Assembly (NCBI RefSeq): GCF_006345805.1
Contig: NC_042997.1
Location: 97,092,001 to 97,156,000 of the forward strand
Direction of reading: 5' to 3'
Length of the DNA: 64,000 nt
Origin: Octopus sinensis
Lineage: Eukaryota
Part shown: piece after piece, positions 40,058 to 52,319 of the stretch
Layout: each line of letters begins with the position of its first letter
Numbering within the stretch: position 1 is the first letter of the stretch
Position numbers and translations under genes: made by a program
The notes under the pieces: model-generated
Told to the model about the DNA's origin: nothing
The model's input: the letters and a program-made list of their open reading frames with translations, nothing else
The model's database searches: none

Positions 40058-40541
40058 GGTGACTGCCCCCTCGTTATCGAGTATGGCCATTGCACGAAGC
40101 TTAATCAATGTTGCAAGAAGATTTTTTTAAAGTGAGGAAAGGCTGTGCACTGAATCAATCTCACTCACTAAGCAACAGCAGCCATAATCCGAAAAGAAGA
40201 ACAAGTCAACATCATCAGTAACCACTGAGCCGCAGGTTTTATGCCGGAATTATCCTATTTACCTGAGTTACCTTCTCCTAGAAGGATGCCTTAACAAAGG
40301 CTAGGAGTCCTTCACTCCCAATGGTTTAACTGCGCGATCGGGTATTCCGTCCGATTATTTCTATGTCCCCGCGCATGATACAGCCTTTGACGGGTTTTGT
40401 TTTTCATCCTACAGGGTGTCCAATAAACATCCTCCTTACAAAGCAAGCTTGGTGGGGTTGCCGGTTTAGTCGCCGACGACCCGACCATGCAACAGGTTGT
40501 ATTGGTTACATGTTACCAGTAGCACTCGAAAGTGACCTGAC

Positions 40542-40585
<44 letters not shown>

Positions 40586-40774
40586 ATATATATATATAAT
40601 ATATATATATATATACATACATACATACATACACATACATACATACATACATACATACATACATACATACAGTCAATTCGAGGATGTTAGGTCCTCATTA
40701 GGGATTAAATAATCCAAAAATTTCACTAGTTAATCAGTATCATATAAGGAGAAAGTTTCGACAATATGGTTAAG
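39529..40774. repeat. Outer inverted repeat (~100-bp arms) enclosing an 81-bp-arm hairpin
   Basis: 39529-39629 vs 40673-40774; inner arms 39655-39735 vs 39776-39856. Confidence 0.9.
40069..40533 (+). mobile_element. RTE 5'-UTR-like fragment
   Basis: 'gagttaccttctcctagaaggatgccttaacaaaggctag' resembles RTE 5' UTR motifs from memory; no ORF. Confidence 0.4.
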
Positions 40775-41588
40775 ATTTTGGGTTAGGGCTAGATTTAGGG
40801 GTCACGGTTTGGGTTTACGGTCTGGATTCGGGGTTTAGGGATTGGGATTGGAGCTAGACTGTACACTGAAGTGACACTGTTAATCGCTTAGCAACACAAC
40901 ATTTAACAATTACGGACATTTTGAGTTGCTGGCGTATAAATCATCTAGAAACAGGCAATAAAACGAAGCAACCACTTTATCGCTGATAAGTAATATCTGC
41001 CTTAGAAAGTCAATGAAAATTTATTATTCAGTGACCTCCTGATGATTGAAATACACACTCCTGATGGGTGTGTATTTCAATTTTTGTCGTGCGTAAATAT
41101 CTTTGTCTTTCCTGATAGGTGATTGGATACTTAAATATATGCCAGAAGCTATATAGTGGCCAGGTATATATCAATATGTATGTAGGAGTTGCATGTGCGT
41201 GTGTTTGTTAACGATTGTGTATGTGTGTGTATTTCAATATTGTCGTGCGTAAATATCTTTGTCTTTACATTTGTACGTTCTCCCTACAACATTACTTATT
41301 TTAAATTTTTTGCACTCCATCTATTTAAAAACACTGTTTACATTTCTCCTGCCATCGAAAAACGTTGTGCGTGCGATCGTGCATGCGTACGTATGACCGC
41401 TAAGAACCACATACAGCCGATAAGCTTTTGTGACTAACCAATGAGATTTCAACCACGCCACTGAGCGGTCATACGTTAGAAAAAGCTATTCTAAAGCGGC
41501 TCAAGTTTTTTCACTTCAGCTATTTTCTTCTAGAGCTTTATACGCTCAAACGGGATTTGTAAGTTCTACCTACAAATTGACTTCCTTG

Positions 41589-42426
41589 TCTATATATATA
41601 AAATCCTTTATCTTTCTGTCTGTTCCCTATACATTCTCAAACGGCTCGACCAAATCAAATCAAATTTTACAAGGTAACAGTATCCCACTCAGTGAGTGTC
41701 ACCGCGTAATTTTTTTTCATTTTAATTAAGACAATATAACATTGGCGCTGGTTTGGTATTACGTTTCAAAAGTGAAAGAATAAGATCTATATTGTAATGT
41801 CATACAACATTGTTTCACTTTTATTCTTTCACTTTTAATTCTACTGTGATAAATAACTAAATAGTTTATATCTTAATGTGAACAACATTACGCATCGGCA
41901 ACTTTCCGTCTTTACAGCCATGACAGCGGAACGGTGTATCAATGTAAGTGTATTGACTGACATAACGAACGGCTAGAGGTGAAATTCTTGACAAAAAACA
42001 ATTAAAATACATATTTACCGTTCAATTACCAGTTCATAATTATCGCAGCAGTTGCAAAGTTGCAAGGTATTTACAATTACATATTTACCCTTAAATTAAT
42101 GGAATCTTCCAAGATCAGCAAACGCATGCTGCAGCACGTCAAAATGGAATCTCAAGACAGAAGCGAAATGAGACTTTCTTTAGATCAGCAAAGGCATGCA
42201 CATACCCCTACCCCCTATTTTCCATAACAAGTTAGGGCCTGGAATACTCGAAACGGACGCATGACATGTCGCTTAGTCGAATTAGCTCATTATTTACTCC
42301 ACAAATGTTTTGTTGTCAATGCTGCACTTTCCCGCATCACCTATTTCAACATAACTGTAATATATAAATATATATATATACAAACTATGCTGTTTTAATC
42401 CCGAGAATCCCATGTATCTCTGCTAG
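41589..42426 (+). mobile_element. Non-autonomous Helitron
   Basis: 5' TCTATATATATAAAATCC..TCTGTCTG; 3' 'cccgag...tgCTAG|t' (hairpin degenerate). Confidence 0.6.
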
Positions 42427-42603
42427 TATAAATATATACATGCGTACGTGTATGCATTTGGTGTCACACTGTGATGTGCCCGGTCACTGCTGTAGTCAAT
42501 TCTCTTTTCTTCGTAAATCTTTTTTTTTTCTGATAGCCTATAATTTCAGTTCTCTAAATGTATATTTGTTGTTTCAATATTATCAACATTTTATGCACGT
42601 GCA

Positions 42604-43545
42604 TACGAGGGAGTGCTGAAAAGTTCCTGGCTTTGGGTAAAAGAAAATACAGGAGTATCAGTTGATTATGATTTTATTCAACATATTTCCCTCTCGGAAT
42701 CACGCACTTATTGCAGCGGTCTTTCAGTTTTTCTAAGTCCTGAAAAAGAACTCAGAAGGTTGGGTTTCCAACCAGACCTCTGCAACAGCGATCACATCCG
42801 AATCAAAGTGAAATTTCGTTCCCTTGAGATGTTTCTTCAGTTGTGAAAAGAGGTGATAGTTGGAGAGGCCCAAGTCAGGAAAGTAAGGTGGATGGTCTAC
42901 TAATTCGAAGCCAAAGTCGCGTATTTTCCGTAGAGTTTCATGTGTTGTGTGTGCTGGTACATTGTCCTACTAAAGCAGAACAACACAACTCGGCTTCCCA
43001 CGGCGTTTCTCCTTCAAAGCTTCATGTAGTTCGTCCAGCATGTAGTATTCTGTGTTGATGGTGCGACCCTTTGGCAGGTATTTTATGGGGAGTACTCCGT
43101 CTTTGTCCCAGGACGCTGAAGCCAGAATCTTTCCAGTTAACTTCTGGGGTGCAGTGAATCGTTGTGCCGCCACTCTATTGACTGTTTGATCTGAGGATCA
43201 TAATCATGAAGCCAAGTTTCACCCATGGTGACTAAACGAGCCGCAAAATCAGCTTCTCCAGCTGCAACCAAGTCCAAAATCGCCTTTGATATATTCACTC
43301 TATTGCGCTTCTGAACTGCCTTCAGCCATTTCGGCACCCATTTTGCGGAAACTTTCTCATGTCTAGAATATTGTAGATGATGTAGCCAACTCTGTTGCAT
43401 GAAATCCCCAGAGTCTCAGCTATGTCTTCAGCTGAAATCCGGTGGTCCTCAAGAATCATGACGTACACAGCGTCGGCTTTGTCCTCCGTGGTTGCGGAAG
43501 TTGGCCATCTTGACGGGGGTTCATTTAAGACCTCGAAATGACCAG
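42604..43545 (-). mobile_element. Mariner transposon relic with one TIR
   Basis: TA+cgagggagtgctgaaaagtt TIR; VSAKWVPK, ETWLHDYDP, WDKDGV..YLPKGRTINTEYY motifs. Confidence 0.92.
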
Positions 43546-44060
43546 TCCGAAATGTGTGTGTGCGTGTCTAAAATTTTGATACGCATGTATTGCTTTATAT
43601 ATATGTTTGAGAAATATCGATTTTAATCGAGTGAGCATTCAGAATATAAAGGTAATCAATTGTCAATGACTAATATTTAAATAGAACATATAGAAAAGAC
43701 AATTCTTTCTATATTATTTTATGTTCAGGCAGGTTTGGAAATTTGATTTATAAATAAAACTGTAAAGTCAAACAGTTATTGTTTTGTTTTTGTTTTGTTT
43801 TTGTTTTTTTCTATACATCAGAAAAATCTTTAAGTTTCCAGTCGCTGCAAGCCATTTATATCTTTATTTTATCCTTTGTTTGGAATTGTCGACTGACATA
43901 ACCCGAGGCAAATACATGACGCTAAATTTAAAAGTTTTACGGAACTGGGCAATTCATATGGAGAGAAAAATAGGCTACAGTTTAAAAAGCATTCATGGGA
44001 TGTGTGTGCGCGCGCCCTTCGGTCTTATCAGTCCTTTAATCGTTCAGAAATAGAATAAGT

Positions 44061-44143
<83 letters not shown>

Positions 44144-45554
44144 AAATTCTTACATACAGTTTAATATTTTCAAGGAGGGTCTACTCGCAAAAAATGTTGT
44201 TCACGTAGTTACAATTTATGTCTTCACTAAGAAAGAATTTCACCTACCGCTTTTGGTATTTTCTTTTAAAAACTACAGAAAAAAACCACAGACGCATTTT
44301 GATTCTATTTGACTTTGACATCTCAGCATAGGCTTCGTAGTATTGCTAAAATAGGTTATATTTGGCTGACTCTTTCTAATAAGACTGCTATACACCCAAA
44401 GTTACCCCCCACCATACACGCCAGAATAATTAAAGTAATGTTGATCATTGACTAACATTGTCAGTCTTATTTATTTATTTATCTGTCATCTATGTTAATT
44501 ATTTCTAATTAGCTTTTATTACACTCTTCATTAAATAGGATAACACTAAACTTTACCATTTTACGCAATCGGATGATGTCCTTTTGAAATATCTCTCTTT
44601 GATGTATTTTCAAAACCAGGTTTATTTTTCATGCTTAATCATGAGCAATATTATTATACATTCACTTGGCGATTTATTGTTACTCCTATTTTTTTTTTTT
44701 TTTTTTTTTTTTTATAGTGAAGTGATGCTGAAAAACTGTATTACTTAATTTGTCGACCCAGGCAAAGTCGACTTCGGCGGAATTTGAACTCAGAACGTAA
44801 AGACAGACGAAATACAGCCGAGCATTTCGCCCGGCCTGCTAACGTTTCTGCACCTTACGTTTTATATTATTTATTTAATAGCAATTGTAATTCTTCTCGT
44901 TGGCGTTTCTCTTCTAAAATTATTTCTTTTCTCCGCAAATTTTATATCAATATTTAAACGCTTCTTCCTGCATAGTTGTGTAAACACTTTATGCATAGAC
45001 ACATAGAAACAGCCATCCCAACATACATTCGTACATACATATATACATACATACATAACATACATATACACACACACACGTACGTACGTACATACATACA
45101 TACATACATACATACATACATACATACATACATACATACATACATACATACATACATACATACATACGTAAGTAAAATACGTTCAGAAATAAAGTAAGAA
45201 GAGAGAAAGAGAATTTTTTTTTACATACATTTTAATATTTCCAGAGAAAAAAATTGTTCTTTGTGTCGTTATTATTAGTGCTTTCACTAAGAACGAATTT
45301 CACAACCTACTTTTGATACTTTCTTTTGAAAACTACGGAAAAAAATTAATCGCGAAGTGGATATATTATATTGCACACGATTAGTGTGAGAATTAAGCAG
45401 GCTTGGCGAATACATTAGCGTGTGATATTAAGAAACGACATTCCTAAAATAGTAGTTTCGTGTTATCTTAGTTAACAAAGGGAGCATCAAAAGCTAAAGC
45501 TTAAATCTTATAAGCGATCATCGTGCAATGTCTTAAAATAATTATATATCATAT

Positions 45555-45753
45555 AGGGAGAGTTTACGAAAAAACAAAAGACGAAGACAGGTGGTGTACA
45601 AAACAAACAGATGTATTAGTATAACGCTCAGGAATAGAAAACCTCTTTTACGTTTCGAGCCTACGCTCTTCTACAGAAAGGGACACAGAAAAAACAAGGA
45701 GAGAAACAAGGAGAGAACAAAATGTGTGTAGTGGCTAACGATCTATCATGGCG
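45555..45753 (-). mobile_element. ~200-bp PLE-type repeat with a minimal hammerhead (45645-45680)
   Basis: rc: cttt CTGTAGA A GAGC GTAG GCTC GAAAC GTA aaag. Confidence 0.8.
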
Positions 45754-45772
45754 ACTACTGCCGGACATATAT

Positions 45773-46072
45773 GCGCCCTTTTCAAGCCTAGCCAGGCTCA
45801 TGGGCCCAGTTTCCCGGTTTCTGTGGCGTATGTGTTCCCCCCACCTGGACGGGACGCCAATCCATTGCAGCGTTACTCAAGAAACAGGAAGAAAGAGTGA
45901 GAGAAAGTTGGGGTGAAAGAGTGCAACATGGGTTGCCACCCACACTCCCTGCCGGAGCCTTGTTGAGCTTTATGTGTTTTCGCTCAAACACACAGCGCTC
46001 GGTCTGGGAATCGAAACCGCGATCCTCCGACCGCGAGTCCGCTGCTTTAACCACTGGGCCATTGCGCCTCCG
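45773..46072 (-). mobile_element. tRNA-derived SINE (OR-like head), tail type 3
   Basis: Intact head 'ggaggcgcaatggcccagtggttaaagcagcggactcg'; body 'gatggattggcgtcccgtccagg..agaaaccggg' is core-domain-like. Confidence 0.85.
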
Positions 46073-46084
46073 TATATATATATA

Positions 46085-46755
46085 TATATACTCACACTGC
46101 TACCTTAACTTCTCCCACCTTACAGACACCAAGCTCTCCATCTCCTACTCCTAATTTCTCCGTTTGTTAAGGTTCTGCAGTGACGACCATGACTTTGAGA
46201 CTCGGTCTCAACTCATGTCTCAACTTCATCCTTCGTGGATATCCCCTCACTACTATCCACACTGCCCTTTCCAGAGCACATTCCGTTGGCCTTGCTTCTG
46301 CTCTTTCTCCCCGCACTCACCCCACCGTTTCTCGTCTCCCGTTTCTCGCTCATCTACCACTCCTTCACTCTGCCCCTCCAACATACCATTCTTCGAGCCT
46401 TCTGGCGACTCCAGTCCAACCTATCCACCTCGCACATCTTCCCCAACCTACCACTTCCCTCCTTCAAGCGAGGCCATAACTTACGTGACCCCTCTGGTCC
46501 ACAGTTTCTTCCCTAACCCCTCCTCCCAGTCTGGTTCGTTCCCCTGCCCCCGCTCACGCTGCCCTACTTGCTCCCACCTCTCCAACACCACCATCCTCAC
46601 AGGCACCCCCAACAATCGTCCCTGTCACACCACCGGCTCCTTGTACTTCTAGTAACATCATCTACTGCATCTCCTGCTCTTTCTTCCTTTCCTTGTACAT
46701 CGGTTAAACGGGACGCCACTTGGCTGACCAGTTAGCGGAACACCTCCGAAACATC
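46085..46755 (+). mobile_element. Penelope-like element fragment (RT thumb, linker, GIY-YIG)
   Basis: LRFCSDDHDFETR..FILRGYP..RGHNLRDPLVHS..CPRSRCPTC..IYCISC..YIG*TGRHLADQLAEHL. Confidence 0.88.
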
Positions 46756-46853
46756 CTTTTCTCCTTTTTCGAGATGAGCAACAGTTTGTCGCTGAAAAAA
46801 GCATAATATTATTTTGTGAGTGGAATGAGTTTTTATCACTAGCTGCTGATTAT

Positions 46854-46898
46854 CACGCACTGACGACGGGTAACTATCCAGAAACCCGGGTCTGTGTG
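46854..46898 (+). ncRNA. Type I hammerhead ribozyme motif (GUC cleavage triplet)
   Basis: cacgca CUGACGA c GGGU aacu AUCC a GAAA c ccgg g UC ugugug: 6-bp stem I, canonical core, palindromic stem III; C.A mismatch at the base of stem II. Confidence 0.7.
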
Positions 46899-47127
46899 TA
46901 TCACGTAAGGCTGGGCGCGATGACGTCCCCTCACAAATACTAATCGGACACAGACAGTGTGTCGTTCGCCAGCTGGAGGAGATGTCTTCTTGGGGCTAAA
47001 AACAACAGTAACATTGTCCTCTACTGGACCGCCACATTTAGATAGCAAATATATTTTACGATTCCGTACTGTTTTGTTTACCTCTCGCTCAGAGATTTAA
47101 TATAGCTTATTTCTCCTTTTCGAAAAA

Positions 47128-47438
47128 AAAGTCCGACTTACACAGAACAGAAATGATATCAGGAATTAAAGAGGTTGAGTAAGAGTTTTACGAGTTTAAC
47201 ATCTGTTTCTGGGAGGCTTTGTGGTCCAAAATAACGATGATTGTAACTTGATTCTATCATCGGATAACATCAGCCTCCGTCTTCAAGGAAGAGTTTTACA
47301 TTTCAGGCGTTGTCAACACGATGATGGAATCAAGTTACAATCATCATTATTTTGGACCAACAGCTGTTGGGCTCGTAAAACGCTTACTCAACCCCTTTAA
47401 TTCCTAATATCATTGCTATTCTGTGTAAGTCGGACTTT
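47128..47438. mobile_element. MITE with ~130-bp imperfect TIRs
   Basis: 'aaagtccgacttacacaga...' vs '...tctgtgtaagtcggacttt'. Confidence 0.8.
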
Positions 47439-47649
47439 ATATATATATATACGTACTTTTTTTGTAGTAAATGTATTTAATATTTTTTTGTATATCGACT
47501 TGCCTAATTTGCTTGTCCTTACATTTACTCCTCTACTAGGTCAAGATCAAATCTCTTGAGCACTGCGATGTGTATTCTATACAGAGTATACCTGTCTCTA
47601 ACCTATAAACTATATATATAAACACATATGTGTGTGTGCTTGTGTTTGT

Positions 47650-47990
47650 GTTTGTGTTAAATAAAATGAGATAACAAAGCCAAGGCTGTGTAGAATTTAT
47701 AGGACATTTATAAAGAGAAAGGTAGTCTTACAGCTGTTTCTGAGATATTAGTGATATCCTTCATCAGAGGTGATATGATTGTATGTGTTGGTGTTATTAT
47801 CGCTCTGGTTGTTACGGTTGTCGTGGAAGAAGGCTTTCTACCGCATTCCACTTAGTTTTGGTGAGCATGAAAATTTGGTAACAGGAAAATTTGTTTGTGA
47901 AGGAATATGCATGTCCTTAAGATAGACTCCAACGAATTGTTTATCCATTAGGTAAGCGTTATCTGTAATAAGTGCTTGTATTAGCAACCC
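47650..47990 (-). mobile_element. Degenerate PLE 3' end with a hammerhead motif at 47725-47770
   Basis: rc: cct CTGATGA a GGATAT cacta ATATCT ca GAAAC AGCT GTA agac; upstream sequence resembles a GIY-YIG C-terminus (QIR..LS*GH..FS.YQIFML). Confidence 0.6.
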
Positions 47991-50230
47991 TCATGAGACA
48001 CTTCAGTCGTATTGTTATCGAACCAAGAGTCTAACTATGCTCCTCCTGTAGCACTTACATAGTCTTACCTGCCATCTTGGGTCTTCTGGATACCAATACC
48101 TCTCATATCATTGCTTTGTTGCTAATATAGGGCACTTATTACAGGACCTCATCGGACAAAAAGTGCTGGAAAGCTTTCTTCCACGGCAACCGTAAGATGT
48201 CGGTCTGGAAGTCGAATATTTTGTGATCCTCGATTCTTTTGCGCCAACATTTTATATCTTCTACTCGCATTCCACACAATCAAACACACTCCCCAAACAT
48301 CCTTGGTAACTTTAACCTCTACCAAACTGTATCTTTGTACCTGTCAGATCCCCCAACTACTGTTTTATCACAAATGATCAACACTTAATCACATACTACC
48401 ACATATGCTACAGCTCCTTCAAGTTAGCCAACTGGTCGGAGCTCCACCAGTTTTATGGCACTTATCACTGGCAACACACATGCTTCACATTTGGCCCTTC
48501 AGACACAGTTCGGGTAACTATAACCTTTTTTATGTATGTCCCTTCCCATCCCTCACACAACAACAATGCTCCATGTCCCTAGCAAGTGGTTTATTTGTAT
48601 TGTAGGTGTTCAGGCAAAGAACAAAACCTACAATGCCTAAAAACTTTCACCAATTTTGCAAAATTGGGTGAAGTAACACCACAGCACGGTTTGCAAATTA
48701 TGTCTTTGCGCATCACATGATCCTTAAGCTTTATCGAACTACAACCGATCCTTTTGGTCCCTTGTCGAAAGGATCACCACCAAGTTTGTGGATTATCTTT
48801 TCCTCCTCTCCTAAAGAACGATAGTTCTGTAAACGGCACTCCTCCCATCGAGAAAGCCTCCACTTTTGCTGCCTGATTTGCATGCAATTCCACACGAGAT
48901 ACCTATGACCAATCCGCTCCAAATCTTACCCTTCTCATTCCAATAAACACCTCTACCTCGCTTAAACGCACGCCAAGTGTGGAAATACTTCCAACTACTG
49001 CAAACAAACATACCCACTCGGCCCTGACGATCTTGTTTCCTTTACATTTAAACAACAGACTCAAGAATTTTCTCCTGTGCTCCTCAAACTCTTAAATCAC
49101 TGACTTTCTTTGGGAATGTACCCTGACGTTACGTTTGGAGACATGCTTCAGTGTATTCTATTTCAAAGAAAGGCAACCCTTCCGCCTCAGCTATCGTCCC
49201 ATTGCCCTAATTTCTGACATCAACATGACCATTAACAATGATATTCTCCATCAGCTTCAATTTCTTTCTCTCCCATTTATCTCTCCCTCTCCCTCTTTCT
49301 CTCCTGTGTGACCACCAATACGCCTTCCACAGACCCACAGTCATGGGAGACTTACTCTTTTATGCCATTCACCAGTATGCACTTGCTTTAGGGAAGTTCG
49401 GTGAAAGCAATGTTCTTACTCTGGACACAATAAAGCCTTTTCCCGCGTCTAGTATGCAAATCTCCAATCGAAACTTCCCACCTACTGGTTCAACCCAGAT
49501 AGGAAGCTACCGATCTCCTCTCTTAGCTCGGTAGCTTCCTATCTGGTCACACCATTACGATATGTCTCGACGAAATTATTTCTGCTCCAAATTTCAATGA
49601 ACTCTAGTGTTCCCCAGGGTTCGGTTTTGTTTCCTTTTCTCTTTCCTCCTAAACGTTGAAAACTTAGCTGCCACATTCAACAACCCCTGCATTCCTTTCC
49701 AACCTTCCCTAACCATGCATCATTTATACACAACGAAGACATTGCATGCCAAACATGCATTGATTCCACAAGCTGAGGCCTTGTGAGCATCCTGCAGAGA
49801 ATTGTACCAACTTTGTCTCTTAATAGCAAAACAAAAATAAAACTCAAGTACAGCCCATATCAACAAAATACCACCACACCACATTCCCTCTGAACATGAG
49901 TGCCACTCAGCTAGAGCAAGTCAAAGTCGCTTTAACTAATGAGCTTCTTTATCACCGAAGATCTCTCCGGGAAAAAAAAATACATCCTTAACATAGCTAC
50001 GGGCCACAACCCAAACACAAACCCTTCTCTTCAGGACCAGAAGATATTTCAACTCCCAAAAGTTTTGGAACTCTATAAGTCGAATGAGACTCACAATGGG
50101 GTACTGCACCATCATCTGAAACGATTATACAGTTAAACACACAAACATGTAGGATTGCATCCAGAGAAAGGCCACTCCACTGATTGTCATTCCATCGTTC
50201 ACGGGCACACTCCAGCCGCTGGTCTACGGG
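47990..50230 (+). mobile_element. Highly degenerate CR1/Jockey-group LINE
   Basis: ALGKFGESNVLTLD..KAFSRV, VPQGSVLFPFLF and DCIQRKA motifs. Confidence 0.7.
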
Positions 50231-50356
50231 TGTGCAGCATCAATCCCACTAGTTTTGGAGTACCTACAGAGGTCATAAGTACTGTCTCTTATTCCATTCA
50301 CAGTAAGTAAAAACTAAACCATCATCATCATCATCATCACCACCACCAAAACCACC

Positions 50357-50390
<34 letters not shown>

Positions 50391-50434
50391 TCATCATTAT
50401 CATTATCATTATTATCATTATTATTATCATTATT

Positions 50435-50664
50435 AGAGCGGTGAGCTGGCAGAATCGTTAGCACGCCGGGAAAAATGCTTAGCAGCATTTCCTCTGTCAC
50501 TACGTTCTAAGTTCAAATTCCGCCGAAGTTAACTTTACCTTTCTTCCTTCCTAGTCGATAAAATAAGTACCAGTTGAGTTCTGGGGTCGATGTAATCGAC
50601 TTATCTCCTCCCACAAAATTCAGATTGTGTACCTTTAGTAGAAAGATTATTATTATTATTGTTG

Positions 50665-50761
<97 letters not shown>

Positions 50762-50770
50762 CATCATCGT
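50435..50770 (+). mobile_element. SINE family B ending in an (ATT)n tail
   Basis: Head 'gcggtgagctggcagaatcgttagcacgccggg'; tail 'agtagaaag' plus (ATT)n. Confidence 0.85.
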
Positions 50771-51517
50771 TATTTGTCCTGATACCTATAGGATTTTGAG
50801 TAGACGATTGATGATGGAGTTTAAAAACTTGGCAAAATTTCTCTGCTATTTCCAACTGTTTGAATTTCTCTAATGCACCAGTGTATATTGGAGTAAACCG
50901 TAACGGGCGTTCACACCGTCAAAACAAAAAAGACATTTGTCAAGCAGTCTCCATGTCATCCAAATAATAACAATACTTGTTGACTTCACGTACCTTTTAT
51001 GTGTCGGTTTTCTTATATATTTCTGTCGCCTACTTTAACTCTCCTGCATACCTGTATCTCTTTAAATTTGAGTAGGTGTTGAGTAACTGAATACAATGCA
51101 TGATCTACCAATATGATTTTTGTCTATGTAGGCCAGCCTTGACAATAGCCAAATAATCGACAATGTTTTGTTTTTTTATTGCTTTTTTTCTTTTTTTTTT
51201 GTATGTTTCAGCTGATTCTATTCTTCTTTTTATGACCTCTTGGAAGGCCTTGTCAACTAGATTTTCCAGAATTGCGCCGAGATTTTTCCCACGATAGCAC
51301 AACACTATAAACTAGTAAGGTAGGAATGTAGCAGGCTTAGTCGACCTCAATATAAGTTTTATACTTAGTTTACAAAAATCAGCATAGATAGAATTTGAAC
51401 TTACAACGTAAAAGAAGTAATCTAAGTACTAGTTTATTCAGTTTGACTTTTCAAAGAATCTGCCTATTCTATTGCCTATAGAAACAGTGGTGATAATTTT
51501 ACATTTTGACAAAAAAA

Positions 51518-51735
51518 GGCGGCGAGCTGGCAGAAACGTTTGCGTGTCGGGCGAAATGCTTAGTGGTATTTCGTCTGCCGCTACGTTCTGAGTTCAAATT
51601 CCGCCGAGGTCGACTTTGCCTTTCATCCTTTCGGGGTCGATTAAATAAGTACCAGTTACGCACTGGTGTCGATATAATCGACTTAATCTGTTTGTCTGTC
51701 CTTGTTTGTCCTCTCTGTGGGTAGTAAAGAAATAG
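51518..51735 (+). mobile_element. SINE family B monomer (Tx1-like tail)
   Basis: Complete head, core and 'gtgggtagtaaagaaata' tail. Confidence 0.9.
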
Positions 51736-52319
51736 ATAATTTTAAATTTTGACAAAAAGCCACAAATATGTTGAACTGTAAAGAAAATTCCCTATTCATT
51801 CAGCCTCAAAACATAACAGGTATCTATTCTGTCGATTCCAGGGGAATAAAAAGCAGGGTCGATGTGGCATGGTTTGAATTCAGAATGCATCGGAACTCAA
51901 GACCTTTTGTACATCCACCACCCACCACCCTACTAGTCTAATCATCACTTCGCCTGAGTACTCTCAGTTCACCGTGGACGTAGTTCGCTGCCGATTCCAT
52001 GCTGCCAACCATATGACTTCTTTTCTAGCCGCATCTGTTGCTCATCAACAAACAAATAAAAAGCATAATACCAGTATGTATCCGACAAGAACAGCAACCA
52101 CAAACATTAAATCAGAATCAAAAGGTTTTGGTTGACTTTTTTTAAGAGTCTGATAATCTTTAATTCGTTTATTACCCTGAAACAAATCATCTTGGTATTA
52201 TCCTCGATAATGCTATCTATTTGAAGTTACATGCCTTCATCATCCTTCCCTTTAATCGAAACTGGACGTTTAGTTTTCTAAATTTGCTTCAACTTATATT
52301 GCTGTTACTTGTATTTCTT

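Noticed and set aside
40069-40200. HDV-like ribozyme at an RTE 5' end
   Set aside because: I could not build the nested double pseudoknot by eye; it needs an RNArobo or Infernal search.
40780-40860. Telomeric repeat
   Set aside because: Only degenerate ttaggg-like units; not an array.
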